Shown: in pieces, positions 12,780-28,851 of the stretch | How the letters are laid out: each line of letters begins with the position of its first letter | Numbering within the stretch: position 1 is the stretch's first letter | Source: Eledone cirrhosa | Lineage: Eukaryota | Direction: 5' to 3' | Length of the DNA stretch: 64,000 nt | NCBI GenBank assembly: GCA_964016885.1 | Contig: OZ024747.1 | Span: 73,160,001-73,224,000 of the forward strand | The notes under the pieces: generated by a model | Told to the model about the DNA's origin: nothing | Database searches by the model: none | The model's input: only the letters and a program-made list of their open reading frames with translations | Position numbers and translations under genes: made by a program

Positions 12780-13748
12780 AACACTCACACATACACAAAC
12801 ATACACACAAACACAATACACACACATACACACACACACTCACACAAACACAAACATACACACACACATGTACACTCCCACACACACAGACAGACACATA
12901 CACACATAGGTACACTCTCTCTCACACACAGAGACACACACAGAGATAGACACATACACACATAGGTACACTCTCTCACACACACAGAGACACACATACA
13001 CACACACATACACACACACACACACATAGTTACAAACTCTCACACACAGAGAGACACACATACACACACATACACACACAGGTACACTCTCTCACACAGA
13101 GAGACACACACATACATACACAGGTACTCTCTCTCTCTCACATACACACGCATACAGGTACACTCTCTCACACACACGCAGAGACACACACATATACACA
13201 CACATACACACACAGGTACACTCTCTCACACACAGAGACACACACATACACACACACACACATACACACACATACACACACACATACACACACACATGTA
13301 CACTCTCTCACACACAGAGAGATACACAGACACATACACACACACACATACACACACAGGTACACTCTCTCACACACAGAGACACACACACACAGACACA
13401 CACACACACACATACACATACACACAGACACAGGTACACTCTCTCTCTCACACACACACATACACAAACAGGTACACTCTCTCTCACACACACACACACA
13501 TACACAACCAGGTACACTCTCTCTCTCACACACACACACATACACACACACACAGGTACACTCTCTCACACACAGACACACACACACACACATACACACA
13601 CATACACACACACAGGTACACTCTCTCACACACAGACACACACACACACACACACACACATACACACACACATACACACACACAGACACACTCTCTCACA
13701 CACAGACACACACACATACACACACACAGACACACTCTCTCACACACA

Positions 13749-13803
<55 letters not shown>

Positions 13804-13886
13804 ACACTCTCTCACACACAGACACACACACATACACACAGACATACACAAACACAGGTACACTCTCACACACACAGAGACACACG
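12780..13886. repeat. Compound (CA)-derived minisatellite with recurring caggtacactctctcacacacagagac unit
   Basis: Direct observation. Confidence 0.9.
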
Positions 13887-14204
13887 TAGAACGTGGCAGG
13901 TGAACTGACAGAAGAATGTGTGTCAAGATATTTGGTGATATTAAATTATAGGTAAATATGCAGCTAGCGAAACAGATAAAATCAATAGACAGCTCGTCTT
14001 TATAAAGCACACGGTGGGCAAAGCTGAAGCCTAATCTGGTAGTATGTAGCAATCGATACTGTTGACTCTCACCATCAATTCTGTGTATTTATCTATTTAT
14101 TCATTAGTTATTACTTGGCTTCTTCTACCCCCACACCTCACTAATGTTCTCTTTCGTCATGCTTTTTTTTTCCTCTCTAGTCTACCACTTTCGTTTTTAT
14201 TTGT

Positions 14205-14450
14205 TGCCGCCGCCGCCGCTGCCGCTGCCGACACCATCACCACCATCATCACCACCACCACCATCATCATCACCACAACCGTCACCGCCACCATCACCAC
14301 CATCACCACCACCACCATCATCACCACCACCGCCACAACCATCACCATCACCATCATCCTCACCACCACCACCACCACCACCACCACCACCATCGTCATC
14401 ATCATCACAATCATCATCACCACCATCACCATCATGATCACCACCATCAT
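14205..14450. repeat. (GCC)/(CAC)/(CAT) trinucleotide low-complexity tract
   Basis: Direct observation. Confidence 0.9.
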
Positions 14451-14724
14451 CTTTATCTTGGCCACGTACAGAGTGAGATAAGCAGTTTTATATGGAGTGG
14501 AAATTTAATGAAATTGTCCCCAGTATATCACTGGTTATTTAACGACCTCAGAAGGATGATCTCAGTCGACTTCCAGCTCAGACCTTAAACAACCACAACA
14601 AATACCACAAAGTCATTTGTTGGATGCTCTAACGATTCTGCTAATCCACCGCCATTTTCTTATAGCTTCTAATTTAGATAGAAGACCATCTCTCATTATA
14701 ACTGTCATCATTATTACTGTTAGA

Positions 14725-14917
14725 GGGCAGGGGATTGGCAATATCGGTAGAGGGTCGGACGCCATGCTTTGACGTATAGAGTTACGGCCCTTGCCATTCT
14801 GAGTTCAAATCCCGCCGAGGTTAACTTTGCCTTTCATCCTTACAGGGTCGATAAAATAAAGTACCAGTAATATACTGGGTAATTGCTGGCCTTGTGCCAA
14901 AAGTAGAAACAATTATT
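14725..14917 (+). mobile_element. SINE S1, full length
   Basis: ggattggcaatatcgg A-box, gagttcaaatcc B-box, central domain, gtagaaacaattatt end. Confidence 0.9.
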
Positions 14918-15484
14918 ACTCTTCTTTGCTTCCTTCTTATAATGGTTTCCATGATAATTATCATCACCACCCCCATCACCACCTCCATCATCATCATCAT
15001 CACCATGAACATCATTACCACCGCTATCATCATCATTACCATGATCATTACAATCATCATCATCATTGTCATCATGACAATGATGATGATGATAATGTTA
15101 TATTTCTTGTGGTTCATGATCTTGATAATTTCATCTATTTCACAATAACAACATCAACAACAACAGCAAACACAAAAACAAGCCAAAAAAACAACAACAA
15201 CTACAGCAGCAGCAGCAGCAGAAAGATCATGTCACTTAACTAATTTCCTCCTCCTCCTCCTCCTCCTCCTCCTCCTCCTCTTCCTCCTCCTCCTCCTCCT
15301 CCTCGTTACAATCACAATCCTCATCATCATCATCGACAACAGGACTCCTCTAATGTCCTAGCTCGTATACACAATTTACACAATGACAGTGAGCGCCATT
15401 TTGTTTTAGTGTTAATTTCCAAATATCAAAACCGAGGAGACGAGATCGGAGTTGGGCAGCGGTGTGGCACTGAACTGTCAGTTA

Positions 15485-16380
15485 CTCACATACACACATA
15501 TATACCATACACACACATACACACACAGACACATACAGACATACACACACAGACAGATACATGCATACACACTCAGACACACAATAACAGACACACACAG
15601 ACATACACACAAACAGACACACACATACACTCTCACACACACATATACTCTCACACACACATACACTCTCACACACACATACACTCTCACACTCACATAT
15701 ACTCGCACACTAACATACACTCTCACACACACATACACTGTCACACACACATACACTCACACACACATATATACTCTCACACACACATACACTCTCCCAC
15801 ACACATACACTCTCTCACACACATACTCTCTCATACACACATACACTCTCCCACACACATACACTCTCTCACACACATACTCTCTCATACACACATACAC
15901 TCTTTCACACACATATACTCTCACACACACATACACTCTCCCACACACATACACTCTCTCACACACATACTCTCTCACACACACATACACTCTTTCACAC
16001 ACATATACTCTCACACACACATACACTCGCACACACACATACACACTCGCACACACATACACTCTCTCACACACATACACACACATACTCTCACACACAC
16101 ATATACACTCTCACACACATACACACTCACAGTCATACACTCTCACACACATACATACTCACACACACATACACTCTCACACACACACATACACTCTCAC
16201 ACAAATACACTTTCACACACACATACACTCTCTCACACATACACTCTCACACACATATACACTTTCACACACACATTTACTCTCACACACACATACACTC
16301 TCACACACACATACACTCTCACACACACACACACACTCTCTCACACACATACACACACATACTCTCACACACACATATAC
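15485..16380. repeat. (CA)-derived minisatellite, unit of about 18 bp (cacacatacactctcaca)
   Basis: Direct observation; explains the HTHIHS / HTYTL ORFs. Confidence 0.9.
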
Positions 16381-16539
16381 CAACTATATATACATACAGG
16401 CAATCATGCACTATTCATATATCCACATAAATGCATACATATATATATTTATATATATATATATATACATATATAAATACATACATATACATGCATATAT
16501 GGATGCATACATATATACATGCATACATATATATATGTA

Positions 16540-16599
<60 letters not shown>

Positions 16600-16749
16600 G
16601 ATACATACATACAGCCATATATACATGCATATCTACATGCCACCATAAATGCATTCATATATAAATACATACATATACGTATATAGATGCAACCATACAT
16701 ACACACACATACATATACAAATACATACATATATATACATTCACACAAG

Positions 16750-16780
<31 letters not shown>

Positions 16781-16854
16781 GGTTATACTTGGGGAGGGTC
16801 ATATTTGTGTAATATTGCCAGAATTATGTATATATATATGTATATTTATATATG

Positions 16855-17661
<807 letters not shown>

Positions 17662-17804
17662 CGCACGCACACACACACACACTCACACACACGCACACCA
17701 CACATATACTTCAGTCGTTCACATGTCAGTAAAAGAGATGTGTATGTGTATGTATGTGTGTGTGTATGTGTGTGTGTGTAGATATGTATGAATGTAAGCA
17801 TCTA

Positions 17805-17852
<48 letters not shown>

Positions 17853-17888
17853 GAGAATACACACACGTATATATATATATACATATAC

Positions 17889-17932
<44 letters not shown>

Positions 17933-18043
17933 ATACATATATATGTGTGTGTATATATATATATAAATGTATATAGGAACGAGTAGGACCCCAACAAATG
18001 TATATATATATGTGTGTGTGTGTGTGCATATATATATATATAT

Positions 18044-18216
18044 ATAGATGAGATTCTACAGGACTAGAACTGTTTCATTCAACTGTTTTCATTCATTTTC
18101 TAATGAATGAAACAGTTCTAGTCCTGTAGAATCTCATCTATATTAAAACTGTTATACTCTGCTATGTATTGAGTACCTTACTTACTGTGGTTACCTCCGA
18201 TTCAACCCGGAATAAC

Positions 18217-18217
<1 letters not shown>
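18044..18217. mobile_element. Fold-back PLE-like element in (TA)n (family H6, copy 1)
   Basis: Arms at about 18042-18081 / 18104-18143 containing GAAACagttctaGTC; tail to 18217; near-identical to 37271-37454 and 37478-37604. Confidence 0.8.
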
Positions 18218-18252
<35 letters not shown>

Positions 18253-18273
18253 GTGTTTGTGTGCATATATATA

Positions 18274-18308
<35 letters not shown>

Positions 18309-18405
18309 GTGTATATATATATATGTGTGTATATATATATATGTGTGTATATATATATATGTGTGTATATATATATATACACACACACATATATATATAT
18401 ATATG

Positions 18406-18437
<32 letters not shown>

Positions 18438-18699
18438 TATATATACATTTACATCTATATACATATATACATACATACATTCATACATATTCACACACAC
18501 ATATATACATACATACATATATCCACACACACACACATCTCTTTTACTGACATGTGAGCAACTGAAGTATTTTTATATTGATTGTTTAGACGTTTCGAAG
18601 TGGAGATGAAGTGGCTGATGAGGCGCTGCTCATGAAACTTTAATGTGCAGATTTTGTTCTCAGTTGCTTTGTTTATGTATGAGTGCGTGGTTGGGTGTG

Positions 18700-19122
18700 A
18701 CTTTGTGTGTGTGTGTCACTCTGTGTGTGTCTGTGTGATTCTGTGTGATTCTGTGTGTGACTCTGTGTGTGTCTGTGTTATTGTGTGTGTGTGACTCTGT
18801 GTGTGTCTGTGGTATTCTGTGTGTGTGTTATTCTGTGTGTGTCTGTGTTATTCTGTGTGTGTGTGTGTGTGACTGTGTGTGTGCGTGTGTGACTCTGTGT
18901 GTGTCTCTGTTATTCATTGTGTGTGTGTGTGTGTGTGTGTGACTGTGTGTGTGTGACTCTGTGTGCGTCTGTGTTATTCTGTGTGTGTGTGTGTGTGACT
19001 GTGTGTGTGCGTGTGTGACTCTGTGTGTGTCTCTGTTATTCATTGTGTGTGTGTGTGTGACTGTGTGTGTGTGACTCTGTGTGCGTCTGTGTTATTCTGT
19101 GTGTGTGTGTGCATGTGTGTGT
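18700..19122. repeat. (GT)-derived compound repeat with internal block duplications
   Basis: Recurring gactctgtgtgtgtctctgttattcattgtg blocks. Confidence 0.85.
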
Positions 19123-19339
19123 TTTTCTTTGTGGTGAGACAGTAGTCAGACGTTTCTTTGTCCCCCTTACAGCGTCACATTCCAGAGTACCCTGTTGCAC
19201 TTTTGCCTTTTTAGTTTAGAAAAGGGCGTTTTATATCACATTTCTGAACAAAGTAGGAATAATGAATCAATGTGGGGGCCCCCTACGTGATCGTTCGACC
19301 AGCAATGGTGGACATGAGAGCAATTGAATGATGTGCTTA

Positions 19340-19445
19340 CTGAACCTTCTAGAAATAGCAGCCAAATCTCCCTTAATTCACACTCTGCCGCCGTACAAAA
19401 TAAGGACGCATTGCGTAATGCATTTCTGAGTGTAATGTGTCCGGA
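19340..19445 (+). repeat. Dispersed repeat family with ctagaaatagcagccaaatctccct core
   Basis: Related segments at about 19795-19830, 28410-28500, 38590-38650 (minus) and 47617-47631. Confidence 0.55.
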
Positions 19446-19972
19446 AACAAAAAAAGGGGAAATGATTACAACTGGAACATATTTAACCATGTCTGATCTA
19501 TGAGCGCTGATATGGACTCAACAGCAGCAGAAGCAGCAGCAGTAGCAGTAGCAGTAGCAGCAGCAGCAACAACAACATCAACAACACACAGACATGTCTT
19601 CCATATGTTGGGACACGTGTTTGTAAAGCCTCATTGTCGCATTGCTGTCAAACACAGAGAAAACATACAACAAATGTTGACAACTGAGAGCACTTGACGT
19701 CACCATATATACTGACCATCAAAACCACGATATTTTCTTACTGCTAGTCTCAACTGTTTGGTTTACTGTGGGACTATTATACTGCCGTTCTACTTGCTAG
19801 AAATAGCAGAGAATATTACCAAATCTTTCAAACGTTGAATATCAAACTAGCCACTCTAAAATATTTAGGACGGTTGTTTAGCAATTGCTGTATTTACAGG
19901 AAGCATTTAAAGCCATTTCCCTTGTCTAAAGCAGGATTTAGCCCAGCGGAGCCTATGACAGAATGTATATTT

Positions 19973-20158
19973 ATAATTGTTTCTACTTTTGGCACAAGGC
20001 CAGCAATTACCCCAGTGTATTAGTGGTACTTTATTTTATCGACCCCGTAAGGATGAAAGGCAAAATTACCCTCGGCAGGATTTGAACTCAGACCATAAAG
20101 GGCCGTAACTCTTTGCTGCAAAGCATGGCGTCCGACCCTCTACCGATACTGCCAATCC
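19973..20158 (-). mobile_element. SINE S1, full length
   Basis: Reverse-complement match to 5518-5698 and 14725-14917. Confidence 0.9.
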
Positions 20159-20460
20159 ATGGGGACCTACTTGGAGAAACTTTCTAGTTGCCAATTATGG
20201 TGCATCTATTCTACGGTACATCTATTCTGAACCAGATACGTCTAGTGAAGGAGTATTCTACCTAGATTCTTTAATTCCCTCCTCTGCTGTACTCACAATG
20301 GGTCTTCCTTGGCAATGTCCAGTAGCATATCAGCTCTTTTCATGAGAAGAGGTTGTTAACCTATTATTAAACTCAACTGAATTTATGTAGAATGGGCGCC
20401 GTGAATTATCCTATGACCGTTCTTGGAGTACAACATAGCTGGTTCTGAGAGAGAGAGATG

Positions 20461-20561
<101 letters not shown>

Positions 20562-20836
20562 GAGAAAGCAAGAAAGAAATAAAGAAAGAAAGAGGAAGAG
20601 TAAGAAGTAGAGAGCGGGGAGAAGTATTAAGTGAAACCCAAAATTTAGCCAGGAACAAATACTCTAACGAATCTAAAAATATATTGACAGTTCGATTATC
20701 TGAAGACATCGGGTATTCGGATAACTGATCTGGTCGTAACCAAAGGCAGTCATACTGAACATAATTATATAAGAAAGACTGTTTACAGAAACTTTATGTC
20801 ATTCAATACATTAAATATGATACTATTTTGCAATCG

Positions 20837-20883
<47 letters not shown>

Positions 20884-21238
20884 TACACACGCACACACAT
20901 GCAATCACACACATATACATATTTTTGTATGGTAGTTCTACTTAAACTATTACACACACTACACAAAAAACAAGATAGAGTAGAACAGAACAAAGGAGAG
21001 ACACAAAATAACAAATTAGTCACTGAGGGGTCCCAGAATGTGTGACGAAAGAGATTTGACAATAAACAAATAAATAACCAACCGGTTATTCAACTAACCG
21101 ACTGGAAGTATATAATAAATTGAATTGAAAACCAAGAGGTGCGGGTGCTTTTATTGGCAGTATAACCGTCCCAAAGGATAACCATATATCTGTTTCAACT
21201 CACCTTTTCAGATAAATAACCTTGCAAAATAAATGCAA

Positions 21239-21266
<28 letters not shown>

Positions 21267-21270
<4 letters not shown>

Positions 21271-21656
21271 CAACTAGAAATAGATTGACACATATATATA
21301 AAATAAACACATGAAACAATCTCAGGGAATAATTTTTAAAGTGTGTAAGCACACACAGCTAGGTAGGTAACTAATTAAAGTTTAACTAGAACTTCAAATA
21401 TAGATACCTTTTAAAATGATTAATCTCCTTAAAAGGTATCTATATTTGAAGTTCTAGTTAAACTTTAATTAGTTACCTACCTAGCTATGTGTGCTTACAC
21501 ACTTTACAAATTATTCCCTGAGATTGTTTCATGTGTTTATTTTATATATACATATATATGTGTCAATCTATTTCTAGTTGATATAAAATGCTCGGAACTA
21601 TTCATTGGAATCTTTGAGCTTATTTTGCAGACATGACAACCTTAATTTAATTTTGG

Positions 21657-21657
<1 letters not shown>
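21267..21657. mobile_element. Fold-back element in (TA)n (family P7, copy 1; no hammerhead recognised)
   Basis: Arms 21267-21414 / 21429-21585; tail aaatgctcgga...tttgagctta to 21657; homologous to 36002-36362. Confidence 0.75.
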
Positions 21658-21689
<32 letters not shown>

Positions 21690-22029
21690 CACAAATACGA
21701 CGGCCTTCCACAACGTTTGCGTCCCAGAGATTCTATTTACAGGTATTGGTTGACCCAAGAGTATAGTTTAAGTTACTTGTTTCAACTACCACGCAGTCAG
21801 ATCGACACAGGGATCATGTGCTGTAAGTGGACTTAACCAGACATTTATGTCTGATAGCATTCTTGCCATTTTTTTAGTAACGCATTTTAAGAGGAAAATG
21901 TTCCAAGCCGTAAACTGTCCTCTAACTTGGACTACTGAGAGAACATTTTTTTACAGCACTCACAGGATTTGGTAAAACTATTCAGGTTGATGACAGGAAT
22001 TGTAAACATATATATATATATCGTACCTG

Positions 22030-22341
22030 TTAGAGAAGTGGTAGGAATGCCATACGGCGCTTCTTAGGGAATTTCAGTCACGACAGAGCTCATTCCCCCT
22101 CCAGGCCTGAATACAGCAGATTTCTTCCAGAAAAGGATAGAGAGTGGGAGAAAGGATGTGAGAAAGAGATAAAGAGGAAGAAGCGTACCCAGTACTAGAC
22201 TGGTACTTTTTTTAATACTGAATTAGAATGGAGGAAATGCAAAGTTGACCTCGGCAGGGTTTGAACTTAAAGAGTAGAGACTCGGAACGAATATCGCAAA
22301 TTATATTATCTGACGTGCTATCAACTCTGCCAATTCACCGA
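22030..22341 (-). mobile_element. Older S1-related SINE with alternative 3' tail
   Basis: Reverse complement begins cggtgaattggcagagttg, has an aagttcaaaccc B-box-like motif and central domain, then a CT-rich linker and a tail shared with 9170-9680 and 33400-33530. Confidence 0.6.
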
Positions 22342-23762
22342 CTGAAACATGTATATAACTGGTACTTATTTGATCTTAACAAGCTTTATAGAATATAACA
22401 ACCAGCTTTGATCTTTTCAAAATATTGGAATAAATATATTGACAAACTATAGTAAAATTTTCCAGTCTAACATATCTCAGTACTACATTATATTTCATAT
22501 GTTATATTCATCGGTTGTATTTATGAAATATGTTACAAAGCACATATATTTCTTATTATCGGGGAACAAATATCACTGATTATGTTTCACTCTTCATGGA
22601 CGGCTTTCACATTTATCGATTCCAAACACAAAGGAATTCTGTTTCGACTTTTCGAAGAAACAACTTATCTTCTTCGTATAAATAATAGATGGTCAGGCTA
22701 TCGTCCTTGATCAACACTCAGTAACGACAGTATAATAAAGAAGATTATACGGAAGAATATACTAAGAACTTACTATTTTTATGTATCAAGGTCAGTATAT
22801 TATGACTTTTACATTAAATACAATTCATGTTTATCCTCGTGAGGCATGATAGCTGAAAGCTTTCTTTATGATCAGTTGAAAATTCTTATTGATTGTATAA
22901 GTATGATGCATGCATTGCGAATTCGCTAAAGTGCCAAGACTGTAGTTGCAGCAGCAAAACTGCTTCATGTTTAGAAGATATTTAATTATTAAGTCCCATT
23001 ATATATAACAAGTATCAAATCCGTCACAGAACTAACAGATAGAATCACTCTGAATAGAGTCTTTAGAAGTTTGGAGAGAATGTTCTGTGGTATTCGACCC
23101 GGCTCTCTGAAGACGCTCATTCTATCAAGGTCGATAAAAAAGTACCAGTCCAGTACTGGGTGTTAATTCTCCCACTATCTCTCTCTGTCTCCCTCCCTCC
23201 TTTTTTGGAGGAAATCGGTTGTATTACAACCAGGAGAAGCGATGGGCTACGGCAGGTTTAAAGTACCTGAGGTACACCGTATTTCACGACCATGGCACCC
23301 ATGATTCCATCAGGAGTTACATATCCAAAGAAGATCATTCTGAATGTGAAATGGAAAAGAAACCGAACGGAACTCGCACAAAAAAAGTATCTGTGAATGT
23401 GAAAGGAAAACTAAGCTAAAGAAAGCCAAGGAAATATTCAATTGAATGCGAAATTAGAATTTAAGCTTAGCAGAGCTAAACAACTTTGCTATGATTAATT
23501 GACGGTCTGTTGGATATTCAATTGGCGTGTTAATGGAATCGGTCCAAGTATGGAGAGTGTGCCACAGACTTAATTAGATTATGTATACATTGTGTTTGGA
23601 GACTAAAGTCGGGTAGTTACATTTCAACACGCTAAAACATTTCCACAGATAATTCTTTATGAACTCACTTAAAATATTTAAATCTTTTCCTTTCAAATGC
23701 AAACTTGAAACAAAACAAAAAAATGGAAAGAAAATACATTACATATAATAATCACACGCAGA

Positions 23763-23838
<76 letters not shown>

Positions 23839-24392
23839 TGTGTGATTATTGGTTATTATATGTAATGTATTTTCTTTTCATTTTTTTTGTTTCAAGTTTA
23901 TATATATATATATATTCACTATGCCTATGTAGTATGTGTATACAGTACGCTCACATAGAAATAAAGTGAAAGAGACGGAGAAGGAAAGAGAGAGAAAGAG
24001 AGACTGAGAAATTGTAGGTAAGGAGTGAAACATCAGAAAAAATGGCGATGTTTGACTGAGGGAAGTTACCAATCAATTTAAAGATGCCGTTGAACTTATA
24101 CCAATCTATTAGTTAGACAAGTACTAAGGTAAGAAATAACAGGGGGAAAGAAGAAAAAGAAAAGGAAATGTGAAGATAAGGCAATGAAATAGAAGAGGTA
24201 GAACCTTCCTTCTGTCACATTTTAAGCATATCTACATATGTATTATTATTAGTAGTAGTGGTAGCGGTAGTAGTAGTAGTGGTAGGAGTAGTAGCGGTAG
24301 TAATGGTAGTAGTAGTAGTAGTAGCATTAGTATTAGTAGTAGTATTATTAGTAGTAGTAGTAATAGTAGTAGCAGGCAGTAGCCTTAGTAGT

Positions 24393-24426
<34 letters not shown>

Positions 24427-25501
24427 ATAGTAGTAGTAGTATTAGTACGGACATGTTAGGATGTTTATGGAAAGAATCAAGATGTTTGGAGATCATCCAT
24501 GATTTCAGTTTGTCACTGGGATTTCTTAGCGATCCAACCACGTCAGATAGAGACACTTGCTTCTGATTGGTCCACATAGAAGACATTTCTGATGACACTG
24601 CTTCTGTAGCCCTCCCAAGAAGAAGAAGAAGAAGAAGAAGTGTTCTATTAATATTTTTCCTCGTTCTATTCACACGTCTTTGTTCCCATTTCAAGTACCT
24701 TTTAAATATTTGAAAGAATATAAAAAAATCTAAATATATAAAAAATAAATCTAGTATATGAAATGTCTTTCGTTTAAGCACTCATCTAATATAACTTCCG
24801 CCTAACGATTCTTCTAAATAGGAAAAAAAATGTCACTTAGTGGATGTGTTATTTATGCTGTCGGTGATTCTATATATGAAATATTTCATATTATATATCA
24901 TATTAATGGTAACAACATACAAGTTACCAATTGTAGCATTTGGCTATTATGGCTAGAGATCATATAACCTGCTATGCACTTAGTCATTACAATCACTTTT
25001 AGGAGATCGTGACTCTTATATCATGTTCCATTAATACAACTAATTTGGAAAGCAACTCTATTATAAATGGAAAGGACTTAAACATCTAAGAAGCTAATAG
25101 ATTAAAGTATCCCCTTACCAAAACTACCTGAGTCTCATTTATCAACTGAAGTAGTGTTCTGCCGAAGTAATATTTATTAAGAGTTATACATTACAAACTA
25201 GACAGTGTTTACATTCCATAATGAGTCACTCAATGCTAAATTCAATTTAGTGAAATAACGCACCAACAGTAAATAAATATATCAATCATACAAAGAAAAC
25301 ACTTCAGTAAAGGAAAAGGAGAAATTATTTTCATCTGCCGAGTGGCTTAGTGAGTCTGAATTAAGACATTCAACTGATATGTAGAAACTTATTGACGACA
25401 AATGCCACCAACTGAATTCCTAAAGTGTAATTTTGATTAATCAACTCTGGTTATTGTCTACAGTGAAAGAAAGATGTGAAATGGTTTGTAATTGATGGTC
25501 A

Positions 25502-25712
25502 TATGAGGGTTGGTTGAAAAGTCCATTGCCGAAAAAGTTTATAGGTTGATCATAATACTCTTTTGGAATAACCAAATGAGGTTTATTTTTCAACATATTC
25601 CCGGAAAAGAAACAATGAAGATATTAATAAAAGTTGAAATTAATGCATGCAAGATTTCACAGCACTCGCATGACTCCTTCATAATCAGCCTATGAACTTT
25701 TCAGCTGACACC
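25502..25712. mobile_element. Mariner/Tc1-type MITE (copy 1)
   Basis: Degenerate TIRs TAtgagggttggttgaaaagt... / ...tcagcctatgaacttttcagctgacacc; internal sequence shared with 42509-42713. Confidence 0.75.
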
Positions 25713-26452
25713 AAGACAGCAATTTTATTTGAAATACCATATTTTACCACAAAATGGTCGTTTCTTGGCAATATTACAACAGATGGCTTAAACGAGCATA
25801 TGTAAAATATCTCTGACTATACTCGAGTCGGAGGTTTGCAAACCTGTCACTATTTACTACAGCAGGCAACAATCATCACATCTGATATGAAATATGTATG
25901 TTTGGATTTAATTTATTCACTTGTGAAAATAAAGATCAATGAACTGGCAGAAAATATTGCAGCATATCATTTCAGGATCTATTGTAAAATCAAATTCACT
26001 GTTATGATGTTTAGTAATTGAATGTTGAGAAACTTTAAACAAAACAAGATAAACATATTTAACAAAACAATAAGCACACCAAGAACATTCTCTATGTTCA
26101 TATTATCGCTGTAAACATAAAAATATATCACCATGTAGCAGATAGGTAAAGCTGTATTACGCAAATTCTATCCATGTAAGCATATTAACTTCATATGAAG
26201 GCTCCTATTTTTAAAGCCATCAGTTCTGAGAAACGTCAACCATAAATTGCATGAAATTGCTCCGGTACAAAGCGTGTATATTGCGGTGGTAGAGAGCATA
26301 ACGTTAGATGATATTACAGTTATATATCATAATATAATACGCATTACATGTATGTATAAAACAGCAATAAATATCAGGATTTCAGTAAACATTTAGGTAG
26401 GGATTGGTTTCCTTTGTAAAAGAATGTGTAATGGTATTAATACTGATATCTG

Positions 26453-26658
<206 letters not shown>

Positions 26659-27004
26659 TTTATTCTTACTATATTATTATCATGTTGATGATGATGACGA
26701 AGATAAAGATGATAATGGTGATATAATAACATGATATAGGCACCATACTAAAAGAAATAAGAAAATATAGAAATAAACCCCAATAAAAGTAAATATAATA
26801 TAAATATGCCGCACCAAATGATTAGCTAGCTCTGAAATATTAGTAAAAAGATGGGAAAATGTTTTGCTTTGTTTTTTTGAAATGGGGCTTTCGACTGAAT
26901 ATGAAACGTGCCAGAGAAATATAAGAATTATTTCTCATTTATAGTCAGATTTCCAAAACAATAAATCAGAAAGAGTTACCCATTATCCCATCTGCCTCTT
27001 TTAG

Positions 27005-27069
<65 letters not shown>

Positions 27070-27202
27070 GGGCCTTGACAACTTGGGTAGCGCCATTGTT
27101 CCGTGTATGAACGTAAATAAATTATATATATATATATATATATCTATATCTATCTCTCTCTATATATATATATATATATACATATAATTACACGTACACA
27201 AC

Positions 27203-27246
<44 letters not shown>

Positions 27247-27552
27247 AAAGTACACACACACATATATATAAATACACATAGATAAGCGCATACATATATA
27301 CACACGCACACACATACGCACCCATGTGCACAAACGCACACACACACTTGTATATTATATAATGTTTGAATACGTAAAATGTATATTTGGTAAATATACA
27401 AATATACTTGAGTATGGTATGTACATATGAACAGAGTGAAAATGTAGTAGAAATAATTCAAATGGAAGAGAGAAAGAGAGAGAGGGTGGTGGTGGCTGTG
27501 AGAGAAATCGAAATAGTTAAACTTAGAGAGGGAGAGAGAGAGAGAAATGAAG

Positions 27553-27586
<34 letters not shown>

Positions 27587-28662
27587 TGAGAAAGGGAGAA
27601 ATGAAGATATATATATATATATAGATAGATAATAGATATATAGAGAGAGAGAGAGGGGGGGGGATAGATAGATAGAGAGAGAGTATGACCGGGAAAAATG
27701 AACAAATGAACAAATGAACAAATAGGATCAAAGAGATTCTTGTAAGCAGAAAGTGTATGAAGTACGATTTTTGCTTGTAAAGTATTGTGAATATGACAGC
27801 TGAATGGAACGGAAAAAACCCCAAATCAAAAAAAAAAAACCCTCAAAAAACAACAAAACAAAACAATTTCTTTTTATCTTAGAAAACTACAAATGTCCTT
27901 AAGAGATTTTAAAATAATATATAGATGCTCATTTACTTAAAAAAAAAAAATGAAATATCTTCAGAAATTTTATAGAGGCAGTTGTGAATTAGTGCAATAG
28001 TTTATCTGAAGCGAATCAATGTGGTGCTGAATATATATTCGCAAATATTCAAATTTGGAATTAGAATCAAATCAAAGTAATCTGTGGAAATCATTCAAGA
28101 AAAAAATTAGAAATACAACATGTATTCATTTATTACTATTAATGGCAGCGTATACACATTTTGAAGGGAAAGATATAGTACATAGAATAAACTTGAAAGA
28201 TACTTATTTAATTGAGCTCAAGAGAATGAAATACTAAGATGGTCTGAGAACATAAATTGCCATAGGAAAATATCCAGTTGAAAGATGTAATGGTAATGTC
28301 AATGCACCAACTTCACGTTCATGAAAACAACAATAGTTAAAAGTAAAAATACGATCATCGACAAAAAACAACGCATGCAAGAGTGATCCAATAAAGTTGC
28401 CTTTACTTGATCTGTTAGAAATAGCAGCCACATCTTCCTTCAATCATATATTACCGTCATAAAAATGAAGGATACGCTAGAGAATATAATACACTGAACA
28501 ATATGTCTAGAAAATAATAGGAGGGAGTGTCACGGGTAGAATCGTTTGATCGTATGTCTGCTTAATTAAAGCTAGTCTTTCACTATTGTTGACATATTCC
28601 ACACAAATACGAATTTACTAACATAAAGTGAAAACTACCTTATTTTCTCACACAGAGTATCA

Positions 28663-28851
28663 TAACTGTTTCTACTTTTGGCACAAGGCCAGAAATTAAC
28701 CAGTACATTACTGGTACTTTATTTTATCGACCCCGTAAGGATGAAAGGTAAAGTTAACCTCGGCAGGATTTGGTCTCCGAACGCAAAGGGCCATAACTCT
28801 TTGCTGTAAAGCATGGCGTCAGACTATCGACCGATACTGCTAATCCACCGC
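28663..28851 (-). mobile_element. SINE S1, full length, diverged
   Basis: Reverse-complement match to 5518-5698. Confidence 0.85.

Noticed and set aside
18615-18645. CTGATGA...GAAAC motif on the plus strand
   Set aside because: No NUH with a pairing stem I or stem III downstream
21185-21220. Minus-strand CTGAAAA...GAAACAGATA motif
   Set aside because: C3-A8 mismatch and poor stems I and II
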